Source: Nageia nagi
Taxonomy: Eukaryota; Plantae; Pinophyta
Direction of reading: 5' to 3'
Length of the DNA: 64,000 nucleotides
Assembly (NCBI GenBank): GCA_050084985.1
Contig: JBITNC010000001.1
Location: 186,062,001 to 186,126,000, forward strand
Part shown: positions 1 through 13,484 of the stretch, in pieces
How positions within the stretch are numbered: the stretch's first letter is position 1
How the letters are laid out: each line of letters begins with the position of its first letter
Notes under the pieces: model-generated
The model's database searches: none
What the model was told of the DNA's origin: nothing
Seen by the model: the letters and a program-made list of their open reading frames with translations, nothing else
Translations under genes and position numbers: made by a program

Positions 1-3000
1 ATTTGAGTAGATCCCTTAGGAACTTATTGTAGAGGGATATTTGAAACTACCTCTTCTTAATGGGAATCTTCAGGGGTGGAGGAAGAGTAAGTGGTGATCA
101 GATATAAACTAGAAGAGCCTTCATAAAAAATGGGTATATTTTACTTAATCTCTCCTTCTTCCTAAGAATCAATGATATTTACATATTCTTCCTCCCCTTT
201 AGTATGAGTGTCTTTCATTGGACTAGGTTCTTAGTATTCTTCGAAACCTACTTTGACTTGCTCATTATCATATTCCTCTTAGTCTTCTTCTTCTTCTTCT
301 TCTTCTCCCACTTGTTCATCCCCTCTCTCAATCCTATAGCTTCTTGACCTTGAGCTATGGTTAGACTTCAACTAGTTATCATCATTAGAATCATTAGAGC
401 TACTAGAGGAATTACCATTGGAAGAAGGATTTCTAGTAGGGACTATAGTATGACTACTTTCTCCAATTTCAAATTAAGATTTTGAGTGTACAATTGATCC
501 ATTAATTATTTTCAAAACATTAACTCCTTGTATTGAGCCAAACTGGTTAAAGTTGGGATCTTGTGTAAAATCTTTCTCAACTATTTATTGAGCTATAGGA
601 TGTGGTGGAAGACTGTTAGGGCTTTTATCTCTTGATGTTCCTTCTCTTTTCTCTCTTTCTTCTTGAGCTAATTTATTTGAGATTCTCTGAATCTCAAGCT
701 TTGAATGTATATTAATTAATTTCTCTATATGATCAAGGGAATGATGTTTGTAATTTTTATGCAAATTTTGATAAAATCTATCAAGCACTCCAATTGGATC
801 ATAATTTATTTTCAACATGTGCCTCTCAAAATCATACCCTTCAATTTCATTTTTAAAGGTATTTTCTTCTAGCTATTTGTTCCAACAATACCATGATAGG
901 GTGATAGGCATGTTGATTGGTGCTTATTTCTTCTCCTTAGCAAATTTTTCATGAAAATAAAAGGCCTATTTAAAAAATTCTAAAACCACCATTCTATCCC
1001 TGAGATATCATGGCAATTTGAAAGTTGCCACAGCTACATCGAATACTGTGATGTAAAGATTATCAAATCCTTATAAATAAATATAAACAAATTTCTTTAA
1101 AAATTCATAGGCTTCGATGGAAATTTTGGAGGGCATGTGTTGTGTTCCTTTCATCTCCTTGATTATGGCATATTCCCATTCATCTATTCTCATTTGAATA
1201 TAATTCCACTCTTAATCCTTGTTGAATTTGGGGTAGCCCATGTAAATATTTACCTTTCTATTGAATTATCTTTTTAATACTATGGGACCTTGACCAATTC
1301 TTGCCTTTAAGTGATAAAAATACTATTGTACATATAAAAGAAGGATCTTGTCTTCTTCACTTGTTTAAGCTACTCAATTATACCATCACTGATAACTTGA
1401 CTTTAGCATATGTTATGTCCTTTATTGACTTTATACAAGAAACCAAACAAATTATTCTCAAAATAAATGTTAATATATTTAACCAAAATCATGCATAAGA
1501 AGCTAATGGCTTTGTATGAGGTATCATGGAATAAGCACCTTTGGGCTTTCATTACAACTTGATGGGATAGGCCATGATGTTTTGGATTTAACAAAGACTA
1601 GATGAAGTCGCTAGGCCTATATTTGTTATTATATTCTTCATACTTCTAATCATCATCCTCTTAAGTGAAAATAATCCCTCAATTTGACCAACCCATAACT
1701 TTTTCAATACCTTCTTTTTTCAAGTATGCAATAATTGTTCCTTCTACATTAGTGACCACCTGCCTTATGAAATCAATATGCTCTGCTACTTCCAAACCCA
1801 ACACTACAAAGTTTAACAAAAATGGGATAACTATGGTTGAAAGAGTGTTAAATATTTAAGGACATATTTTTCTCTAACTTTCTTTGAAATCCCCTTTGCA
1901 TCCCTCAGCATAAAAACTAGGTTGGTATGATTCCATTTGGGGTCTCTTATATTCTCTAGCCTATCATAGTAATAGACTATCTATTTAACTCTTCCATCCT
2001 TCTTCAATTCCATAAAATTGCTCTTGGGAAGCTAAGAGTAACCACCAAATTCCTTCTTTGAGTTATTCATCCTAAAAATAACAAAGGTCAAATTTAGCCA
2101 TCATTTCAAGATAAGGTAAAATGAGTACAATTTTATCAAAATTTCATTTTTTTAAATTACTATTTTTTCTTTTATCACATTGAGTTATAAACATAGGTGG
2201 GTGCAACTATCAAATTTTAACTACTTCACTTTAGGTATGATCTTGTCATGATGTGATAATTAAAGGCCTTATTCATGTTGATTTGAAGTTCAATATGATG
2301 CGATAATGTAATGTTTTGATCAATTTTATATTTTTTGTCCTTGGTTGCTTTGAGTTTTGATATAACATGATGTGACAAGAACCATACATGATCGCTATGA
2401 AATGAGTCTCAACTTGATGTGATAGAACAATTAGCAATTTTTCATTCTTGGTTGCTATGAGTTTGAAAGAAAGTTAATGCAACAAAAAGAAACTATGATC
2501 ACTTCTAGTTAATGGTCAATCTGATGTGATGAAGCTATTCCTTATTCATTTCAAATAAATGTGTAATGGAATGCGATAAAGTAAACAAATTGGAGTTTGA
2601 TCTAGTGAAGTCCTTTATAAACCTATTTACTAATATCAGCTCAAAGAAGATGAAGAGGTGGGTGCAATAGCAAAACTCAAAAAGTCACTTTGACTTGACC
2701 TTTGGCTTAGTTTGGTAGTAGTGGTCACTCTCACTAGGAACTAAACATAATGTGAGATCAAGAATATCTTAATCTCTCTAAGTTAACTACCAACACACTC
2801 CAATAGAAGCATAATCAAGGTACTAAGTGATAAATGAGGGGTGGATCTAACTATTTATAGAAAATGATGAAATAGAGGGATACATGAAAAGAATTAGATA
2901 ACATTTCCCTAGATCAAATGGCTAAAAAATAATGGATGAAGTAGTGTTGGTCATGGTGAGTAGAATTTATACTCAATGCAATTGGTTGAAGTGTTGGTCA

Positions 3001-3563
3001 CTTTGAGAAGGTATTAAACTTGATGTGACAATAAAAAATGCATAGTTAGGGTCAAGTAGATATCAATATCAATTTTACCAAAGGAAAAAACATGAAATTC
3101 AAACTTCAATATTTTTCATGTAGTTTTAAAAAATGAAGACTATTTTATTTTCAAATCATGATGAAAACTAAATTTCACATTTCAATATCCTAAATGAGAA
3201 CTTGGCTTCAAAAGAAATATTTTGATGCTCATAATTCAATGATTAAGTAGGACCAAGTTTCACTCTTATCTAGGGTAGGTGCTTACAATTAAGCTTAGAG
3301 GATGATATTCAATGGTCTCATGAAATTGATTTCAATGTTAATGTTTAGAATATCTTCTTGCCTATGAGGTGAAAGATGCTACCCGATAGTCCAAACTCTT
3401 TTTATGATAAAAGATGTGATCTTGATGAACTTTTTATTTTTGGATTTTTGATAATTTATTTTTTAGATATTTTTGTTTAATTAGCATAAATGATATATTT
3501 TCTAGATACCTAAATTGATGAAAAGGTTGAACAAAATTATTGATCAAAAATTGGGTGGTAACA
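1..3563. mobile_element. Decayed LTR-retrotransposon fragment (degenerate minus-strand ORF plus probable LTR ending ...ttgggtggtaaCA)
   Basis: Long frameshifted minus-strand reading frame (pieces at 585-818 and 1403-1594). The CA terminus abuts LINE sequence. No canonical domain recognised. Confidence 0.45.
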
Positions 3564-5000
3564 ATATCTAAAGGTGATGAAGAGCTAGAGAAGAAAAAAA
3601 TATTGAAGTAAATAATGCCCTTTTAAAGGATGATATTTTACTAGAACAAGGTGATTTAAATATAGGTAAAAAAAAATAGAGAAAAAACAAAAAGTTAAAA
3701 AATTAGTGATTAAAGAAGAGTTAGACCAATAAGGGAGGATTTCATAAATAAAATCCATAATCGTTGAAGAGATGGTTAGAGATTTTATGTATAAGGAATT
3801 AATCCAGTGGGATTAAGGATCCAAAAATAATAATAATTTATACACAATATGTTTCATAAAATAAATTCATTTCAAGTATCCTTTACCAAAGAGGAAATAA
3901 TTAACCTTTAGATAATCACAAGTCTCAAGATAATAGTAGATGTGCAAATAGGAGATAAGAAGGTGGGAAACACATATTTAAGAGAAAATTACATAAAGGA
4001 GATATATACAATAAGGGAAATGATCTTATAATAATATAATGGAATGCTAGGGAAATGAATTCCCATAACTACAATAGGTTTTAAAGAATACTGAGAAAGA
4101 AATATCGACCAAGAATAATATTTAATTTGATAATATATTACTAAGTACAAACTAGAAAAGCATTCAAAATAATCCTTGATTTGGAATAAGGGTAATATTT
4201 GTCATTGGGGATCTACAAATTTTTCAAGAAGATTGTTAACCTCATGGAATTATGAACAATTAGAACAAAAAATCATTCTAATGAACGAAATTATTTATTT
4301 ATTTATTTTTTATAATTAATTTTTTGAAGTTGCAAAATTTTTGTTTTTTTGGAGAATATATAAATGGTAGAAGAGATAAAAAAATATAAAATTTGAGAAT
4401 ACTTAGAGGGAGAATATATTAATAACAAAAATATTTTAAAGTGTTAAAAATGATTGTAGTATTAGAATAACAAGAGTAGTCAATATATACTATTCAATGG
4501 GATATTTCCCAAATAAATGGAAATAATAACTCCCAAGTTGATGAAAGGAGTGTTATAAAGTGGAAACAACCTAAAGGGTGGCTGAAAATTAACATTAATG
4601 GGGCTTCTAAAGGTAAAATTGAAAATGTTAGAGGAGGAGAAATATTGAGGGGTAGAGAGTAAATGTTATAAAGAGAAATGATTGGCTAGCTTGGGAACTG
4701 GAGTAACTAATAAGAAAAGGGTAGAGCAACAATTAAGATGATGTTGCATATGGGAACTAGAAAGATTATTTTAGAGGCTAATTCACATAATATTGTTACT
4801 ATATTAAATAACATGATGGGAATTAACTAGACTTTAAAGAAAATTACCTAAGACACATTGACACACCTAATATATCTAGCTGACTATAAGGTTGTATATG
4901 TTTATATATAAGGCAATAAAGTGGTGGACTACCTAACAAAATTGTATACATTTAGAGAATATTATAACATATGAATACCTCCAACTGAGTTTTATCTAAA
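3564..5000 (+). mobile_element. Decayed L1-clade LINE 3' part with RNase H-like domain
   Basis: From 4561: WKQPKGWLKININGASKG..RGGEILR, then KIILEANS and VYI*GNKVVDYLTK. These match the plant LINE RNase H consensus WLKLNFDGASKGN / LEGDS / HVYREGNxVADxLA. Confidence 0.8.
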
Positions 5001-5633
5001 TATATTACAATTGATGGTAGTTGAAAGGTATAATTCAATAAGGTTAGTAATAGACCAATAAAGCCAACTTAAAGTATGTGTATTTCTAGACATGCATTAT
5101 ACATTCTAAAAATCTTTGTGATTTTTTTAATGAGGTATAGAAATTTTTTAATATTTAATGAACTATATTATAAAAATATGTTTTTATCAATATATTAAAA
5201 AAAAGAACTAAAGTACTTTAAATGAAAAATATTAATACTTTATCTTCTTAAATAGAAAATAGATGTGAATACTACTAACAATTTCAATCCAATTTAGGAG
5301 TTGTTATAACTATTAAAAATATTTATAATTTTATACAAATTCACTATAAAAATTATCATGCATAGAGTCCAATATTTATAATCTTAAATACTGACTTTAG
5401 TTATTTTTCTTATAATTTACATCCTTAAAGATGTGCAAAATAATAACTCAAGCTATACATTAACCTTAGTAAAAGAAGCTTCACTATAATGGTTATAGTT
5501 TCTTAAAAGTTGTTAGAATCCATTATTAAAAGAACATTACTAAGATATTATTCTTTCAAGATTAAAATATTAGATGATCTCATTCATGTTATTACAAGAA
5601 GTTGAATAATCAAAATGTCAAGTACACATTTGA

Positions 5634-5664
<31 letters not shown>
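5634..5664. repeat. (TA)n(TG)n microsatellite, short allele
   Basis: Direct reading. Confidence 0.95.
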
Positions 5665-5899
5665 GTAAATTTTGTATTAATAAAAAAGGTGGATTTTTGA
5701 GAAGTCATACTAAACTTTGAACATAAATATCATAGGTTAACAATCCACCAAAAAAATTAAACAAGATAGGCACTAGCTTTTGGTGCTACACACAAGACCA
5801 GTTCTAACCTTTACACAAAAGTTGAGATTATCTACAAGAATAACTAGAAACTAATAAATAAGGAAGGTACTACTAAAGAATGAAATGGAGATTGTAATG

Positions 5900-6900
5900 A
5901 TGCTTGAAGAAGTTGACATATTGTGCTTGAGAAAATTATTTCTTGAATGAAGAGTTCTCTCTAATGGTCTCGTAAGTTGGGTTAGGTGTACCTGCATATT
6001 CCATCACCTCTATGAGCATTATATTGTGGATTAACTTATCCACTAGAATTTTAACCATTTTTACCTTTATCTTCGATCCTTTCTTGATTAGGATTATAAT
6101 TAGTTTATTCCATGAGGAAACTATATCTACCTATTCCTTTGTACTTTGTTCTAGTTTGTTAATTATACCATGGGGCAAGTCAGCTTCTTTTGGTTTCCTT
6201 ACATATCCACTTCACATCTTTAATTCAATATATATTGTGTTAATTTCTTGATCTAGGTTTGATTGAAGCTTTTCATAATCACTTTGTTTCACATCAAACT
6301 TCACTAGAGACTTTGTAGGACTATCATTCAATTTCCATTTTGCTACATTCTATGGCTCATTAATATTTAGATAAACTTTAAATTTATCTAAATTAATTGT
6401 ATTGAAATGTTCTTTTATTACACTCTTCATAAATGAACTCTATTTTCCTTTACCTAAATCTCTAATCTTGAAGGGTTTCAAAGCTGACCAATCCTCCAAA
6501 TTGATTAATGTTAGAGATAAATCTTGATTACCCTTAGGGGTTTGAGTTTTCTTTTTTTTTATGGAATTTACAAACTTATAGCCTTTTGAATTTCAACATT
6601 TTGTACCCTAGTTCTAGAAGCGATGAATGCAAGCTTTTCTTTTTAAGAAGCATTGGTAGACTTCTTAGAAGAAGTAACCCTTGATTCAGCAATTACCATG
6701 ATTGAGATAAGGGTGGCAGGTAGATCCTTAGCATCAAAATGACTCTTAAAGGACATAGGTATTTTGGGAGATTTCCATTTATATTCATCAAATAAAACTA
6801 TATTATTAGTAAATTTTTGATTTACAGCCTTCATGGAAGACAGCTTACCTATGACAACATATAATTTGGATTTAATCTACTTTAAATATGCAACTATGAT
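5900..6900 (-). mobile_element. Decayed LINE ORF1-end / endonuclease-start fragment (paralogs at ~24800-25800 and ~48860-49800)
   Basis: Minus-strand IVSSWNK and FIQE resemble the APE endonuclease N-terminal motifs SWNxRG and IQETK. Confidence 0.5.
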
Positions 6901-7249
6901 GTAATGGTACAATGGTAAGGTATCTTAGTCTTCCTTTATGATATAACAAGTTATAATACCATAGCAAAGATAGAAAATAATACTTATGTATAGGGGTAAT
7001 AAAGGAAGTGGTAAAACTTGAAGTGCTATTAGAGGCCAATCAAGGTTTCCTACATAGTAGGTTTTAAGACTCCCCATTATATATACATAGATATAGAATC
7101 CTTGGAAGTCTACCTTAAACTTTAATTTATTAGAAAAAAAATTATGCCATATAAAATAACATAATGATCCTCAAAATCATAATTTTACCCTAAACTTTAG
7201 GGTTATAGGCATAATGTATTACGTTTATAGGAAAAATATAGCTAAACAA

Positions 7250-8195
7250 TGAAGGGAATGTTATGAATAAATAAAGATCATGACTAGAATCAAAACCTCC
7301 TAAATAATGGTGTAGTATGCTTCTTTATAAAAACACTTTTGGTGAGGAAGTAAATAGGATGGTATTAGAGATAAAATTCTCCCAATATATAGTTAGTATT
7401 AGAATCCCAAGAAGTATTAGAGAACTAGAAGAAGATGATCTTAGAAATGCCCTAGTTTGAAGATTTCCCCTTTAGGATTTAATTTGTAGTTAGATTAATG
7501 AGATATGGAGAACCAAAGGAACAATTTTTATTCTTATGTTTCCTAGAGAAATATTGATTTTAAAATTTAAATGCAATGAAGATTTATAGAAGGTTATTGT
7601 ACTAGGATAGTAGTTCATCGAGAAGAAAGATCTCATAATGAAGAGATAGGATAAAAGCTATGCTAAAGAGATTAAGAATTTTAACCTCATAAAAACCTAT
7701 ATCTCCCTACCAAGATTAAATCCTTCATGTTCTCATCCAATAATTATTTCAAGAGTGGCTAAAGAAAATACATCATTAGTCATCATCAAAAGAGCTACCC
7801 GATTAAAACTCAAATTTTATGATGCAAGATTTATGATCAATTTTGTTATTATCAAATGACTAATGAGAGAGATAAAATTAAAAATAAAATATGATATAAA
7901 ATGTATTCAACTAATAATGTATGAAAATATGCTAGTACAATGTGGTATCCATAAAATTTTTGAACATTATGCCAAAGACTATCTAGAATAGAAAAAATGA
8001 AGAAAAATGAACCAAAGAAAGAAAACTAAATTTAAATCATATTTTCAAAGGAAAAAAAGAATGGAAGATTCTCACAATGAAAAAGGCATTAAAAATCAAA
8101 AGCATTTTGATAAAACTACTAGAAAACATCCTGATATGATGATAGTTCAGGAATCTAAAGTGCAAGAAGATTGTATCATTGATACTAAAAGATGG
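7250..8195 (+). mobile_element. L1-clade LINE ORF1 remnant (unit 1)
   Basis: DUF4283-like and zinc-knuckle remnants, e.g. YENMLVQCGIHKIFEHYAKDY. Interrupted by an LTR element at 8196. Confidence 0.65.
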
Positions 8196-10277
8196 TATTG
8201 GAAATTATAATACCATATTATGTAATATTTCTCTTTAATGTAAATTCACTTAATGCTTAAAGTATATTTAGATACCTTAAAGAATTAAATGAATAAATAT
8301 AGAAACACCTTTAACTTTACCCTTGGGTAAAAGGAAGGTTAAAGAATGGGTTTCTTCTTATAAATAGAGAAGTATCCTTATTATTATGTAACTTGATCAA
8401 GCATGGTAATGCTTGTCTTGTAGAGTTGTAGGAATGATCTTTAATTTTTAAAATAATTCTTTTTATTCACATTGTTTGAAGTAATTTTTTCTTCAAACTA
8501 TCCTCATTATTTTTGCACATTATTCTTAATCCTTAAGTTGGATAAATTTTTTTAGTTATACACAAATTCTTGTAGGAGTAAAGTTTGTAAACTTTCTCAA
8601 TATTGGAATTGTTGTGCATCAATCCTTAAAAAATTTCTTATGCACATTGGATAATATACACGTTGGAGTGCAAATTTTTTAAACATTCTCCACTACACTT
8701 ATTGAGGATAATTCAATATTGATTGCTTTTGCATATGTAAAATTTTTACTTTAAAAAGAAAGTGTACATTCCTCTCTTCATTTGTAAAGCTTAGTCATAT
8801 GTAACAATTATTAATGATGTTACTTTTAAGAGGGAGTATAAAATCCAAGTATTCTTTTAAATAATACTTCCATAAGTGGAAAGTTTATCTTTTTTTATGG
8901 ATTGATATCGCATTATTTACTTCCATGTTTGGGAAGTTTATCCATGTTCATATATGGATGCCATATTTTTTACTTCTATGTTGATTGATTGTACCATATT
9001 GCTATTTATTAGCAAGTATAAAATCCAAGCATATTTTAAATTTATGGTTGACTATAAGTATTGTCTTGTCATCTTGTGATGAATTATAGTTCACCACAAA
9101 TTCAAGCACATTTTTTAATTCTTGATGATTTTAAGTATTGGCTTGGTATCTTTGTGATAACTTATAGTATATTATTTACCATATTTTTACTTCTATGTTG
9201 AGAAATTATATCCATGAAGATAGATTGTTTACACATTATTGGAGTGGTTAAAAAGGTTCTCCCTTCTCCAAAATTGCAATTTGTTTGATAGAATTTGAAT
9301 CCGTGTTGTTAGATTAATGCTATCAAATTCTATCATATGCATCTTAATTAGTAGCATATTCAAGTTGGCATATTTTGGCTTGTGCATCTTGACATGGTAG
9401 TCAAGATGCTATTTTATAGTTTGTTCTTCATCTATGCTACAATATTATTGAAAAAGAATTTAAACCTCCAAATAAACATGTTTGTAAGTAGATGAAAACT
9501 TATGTATGTGGCTTATGCTTTATTTTGTAAATTTTGGCTTAATGTTTGGTCAAGTTTGCATTTGTAGATTATGCTTATTTTTTAAATCTTAGCTTTGTGT
9601 TTGGTCAAGTTAGCATTTATGGCTTATAAATCTTGATTTAGTCAAGTGGTTATTCCTTTGATGGTTTAGTCAAGATGGCATTTGATCGCTTGTGACATGA
9701 TTATGATAACATAATGGTTATGACTTAGTGGTTTAGTCAAGATGGCGTTTGATAGCTTACAACATGGTTAAGATAACATGGTTACATAATTATTTTTTGG
9801 TGAAGTTGTCATCAAGGGGAAGAATTAAATTATGAAACATTATGATGTGATTACACCTTCATATACCTCAACAAATACAAAATAATAATCTAAAACAAAC
9901 AAACACAAAAATTAATTTGTTTATAAAGATTGATGACATTTTTTATATCCTTGATTGAGAATGCATTTATATCACTTGGTTGATTGTACATCTGATAATG
10001 TTGTGAATATATGATATTGTTAATCTAATATCATGTTATCCACATGTTATATATACTTGATGATGTATGTCATCTTTGATGTTATGCATATGTGATGACT
10101 TGGTATTTTTGCTTAGTTTATGGATAACATCTATCTTATATGAGCGTATATGATATATCTAATTGATATTATTTATGAGATTCTTGTAGCTTGCAAGTTC
10201 TTCTTAAGATTGCAAGTTTCTTCAGGTATGAAAGCTCGTGGAGGCTCATCATATCAACATGTTGTTGAATGACTACT
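8196..10277 (+). mobile_element. Same LTR element, 3'-deleted (unit 1)
   Basis: Matches 51095-53160. Includes imperfect ggtttagtcaagatggcatttg tandem repeats at ~9540-9800. Confidence 0.7.
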
Positions 10278-10719
10278 ATATTCAAAATGGGAATGTTCGT
10301 TTGACTTATAAGAAGTCCTTTATTATGATCCTATATAGGATAACATTATTTTAAATTCCAAACTAAAGTATTAAATAAATGTTATAATATTTATTTGAAA
10401 ACTATAATAATTTTCAAACACTATTATATATCAAGAATACCCTTCTTTTCGTCACCCTGCTACTCTCCATCCTTCATACACCCTCTCAACATCGTTTGAG
10501 ACTATTATTGGCTCTACTTTGGTTCCTTTTTTTATGGATCTATAAATGATTTATCTATCTTTAAGCATTGATAGACTTCAACTAATTTGTCTATTCAATT
10601 TTAAGTGAAAAAATATTGATATTAAAGTTCCTTAATTAGAACTAAACATAAAAAATGAATATAAAGTTATGCATTTTTCCATATGTAATAAGGTAATTTA
10701 AATGACCTCCAAGCTATTT

Positions 10720-11190
10720 ATAGGAAAAAAATAGCTCATTAGCAAGTTTATAGGAGAATGACCTAATGTAGACCATATTTATAAATGAACAAATACAAAT
10801 TAAAGAATACAAGGATATTTTGATATTATATTCCTCCTCAAAGTCTTCCTCCTCTTCATCTCTAACCTATAAGCAAATATATAACATGTTTCACAAAAAG
10901 GTCCCTATATATTTGAAAAGAAGGGTTTCTTTTTTGAGAAAATGGTAAAAACTTTCTACTTGAAAAAGAAGGATTTACTAGTCATTCCTACTTGGATCTC
11001 CCTCTTAGAACTCCTAATGGAATTTTGAAATGTTAATATCATTATTGGAATCACTAACGTAATTGACATTATGATCATAATGGACTTCACCTCTAAAAAT
11101 AAAATTAGAATAGTAGCTGCCAAGTTTTATGTCAATTACAATTTACCTAATGACATCCTAAATAAGATCATGATCAATGCTAAATCTTTT
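10720..11190 (+). mobile_element. Second LINE ORF1 (DUF4283-like) remnant; paralogs at ~32070-32530 and ~60180-60625
   Basis: LISKFIGE*PN, KGPYIFEKKGFFLRKW, IPTWISLLELLMEF* and AKFYV resemble the ORF1 consensus GKF / GPY / PxWVxLPxLPxEFW / ARICV. Confidence 0.7.
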
Positions 11191-11929
11191 TCCAATTTAC
11201 CTAAAGAATTCTACCCAAATGTATTGTATGTAAGATGGTTGGTAATATGAGTTGGGAGTTTTAAAACGAATAAGAACATTCTCCAAAAATGAGTAATGAA
11301 ATAAATTGATCTATTAAGAATGTCAATATCAAAAACTTATTTAACACACTTATTAATAAATTAAGAAAGTAGAGGAGGGTGAATTTAGGCTCAATGACCC
11401 CAATTAGGAGGCCCTTGAAAGCAAGGATAATAATATCAATGAAGTAAGTGCTAATAGTCTTGTAGTAACCCAAATTATTGATTTTCACGTTAGACCATAT
11501 AATCATGTGCCAACCATATATATATATATAAGTGTTACCTCATTATAGATACCTAGATCATGCCTAGGGATCCACAAGGATGTGGTCCCTCACTCCATGC
11601 CTACAAATTAGCCTAGGGATCATAATGACTCATATGACCAACTATAATCCATGAGAACACCTCTAATCATGCATTGGGATCTTGGGATCCCCATCATTAC
11701 ACTTAAATACTAATTATATTTCTAATCTACCCTTGTAGGGAGATGTCCCAGTTTGGGGCTTATAATTGGTCCATGGAATCCGTAAGTATCCTATATAAGG
11801 TTACAATTATGCCTAAGTACATAAGCATTAAATAAATAAATACTCATAATTAAAAAGTATTCCTAGAAGGAACGAGTCCCAAAAGTGAATTTTACATTAA
11901 CATAAATAATACAATTATGATAACAATTT

Positions 11930-13484
11930 TCATATACATGTATGTGAAATGTAGGAGAATTAATACCATAAAGGCTTTATTTTAAAAGATGTATTATGAA
12001 TAAATAATTTCATAGATTTTAGTGATTATAGAGTATTCAATTAATGGTTATAGAAAGTTATTCATCAAGTTATTTGAACAAATAGAATATCTCACTATTA
12101 ATATAGATGATGCAATTATGTTAAAACTATGATAGGGATGTATTCAAAATATGGGAGTATTAAGATAGCAAGTGTGTTGCTTGATAAGATACATTATGAT
12201 GGACTACAATGATTGTAATGTATGTGAGGGATGCATTAAACTATTTGAACAAATGGAATATGTAGGTATTAATATAGATGATGTAATAGTTAGAACAACC
12301 ATGGTAGACATGTATACAAAATATAGGAGTAAAATTTTTGTTTAAAATGATGTATTATGAACTATAATATTTGAAAAGTATGCAAGGAATGGTTATACCA
12401 AGGAATCCATCAAACTATTTTAACAGGTGTAATATATAGGTATTAATCACGAAAATACAACTATGATAATAATATTGATAAACATGTAAGAAAAATATGC
12501 AAGTATTAAGAGAGAAATGGTTTTATTGTAAAAAATAGATTATAAATAAATAGTTTCATGGATTGCAATGATTGTATTTTATACAAGAAATGGTTATACT
12601 AAGAAATATGTAAATGTATTTGAATAAATAAAATATTTGTGCATTAATCCATATGATACGATTACCTCAATAGATATGTATGTAGAATGTGGGAGCACTA
12701 ATACCATAAGATTTTTATTTGATAAAATGCATTATGAACAAATGATTTTATTAATGGCAATTATTGCTAAGCATGAAAGGAATAATTATAAGAAGTAACC
12801 CATCAAACTAAACCAACAAATAGAATATATAGGTGTTGAACTAAATGATGTAATTTTGATAAATAAAAAAAAATACTAATGAATATGTATAAAAAATATG
12901 GGATCATTAAGATAAGGATTTAACAAGATGCATTATTAACAAATAATTTTATAAACCATAATTATTGTAGGGTATGCAAGGAATGGTTATAGTAAGGAAA
13001 CCATCAAATAATTCGAATATATAGAACATGCGTGCAATAATATTTATGATGCAATTATAATAACAACTTTGATACTTATGTATTAAAAATATGGGAGCAT
13101 TAAGATGATAAAGTTTTAACAATATGTGTTATGAATAAATAATTTCATGGAATACAATGATAACAAACAATGTAAGGAATGGTTGTAGCAAGGAAGCCAT
13201 CAAACTATTCAATTAAATAAAATATATTAACACTAATATAAATAATGTTATATCTTTAAATGTATTTTCTACATTTATCCATTCATTATACTAAAATAGG
13301 GCTATCAATACTTCAAAACCATGAATAATTATTATCTTATTGTATCTATAATGGAACTCAACACATGTATGGTTGACCTTCTTTGTAGTATTAAGCATAT
13401 AGATGAAATAATAGACTAAATAGCATGCCAATAAAATTTAATATTGTAGTATGAACTTTTTTGCATAGTTCCTATAGAATTCAT
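11930..13484 (+). pseudogene. PLS-class pentatricopeptide repeat (PPR) pseudogene, truncated at the start of the E domain
   Basis: Repeated decayed motifs such as MYVKCRRI, MYVECGS, ISWIAMI, GYARNGYSKETIK and IKLFEQ, followed by TCMVDLL..IKHIDE, MPIKFNIVV* and YRIH. Many stops and frameshifts. Confidence 0.85.
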
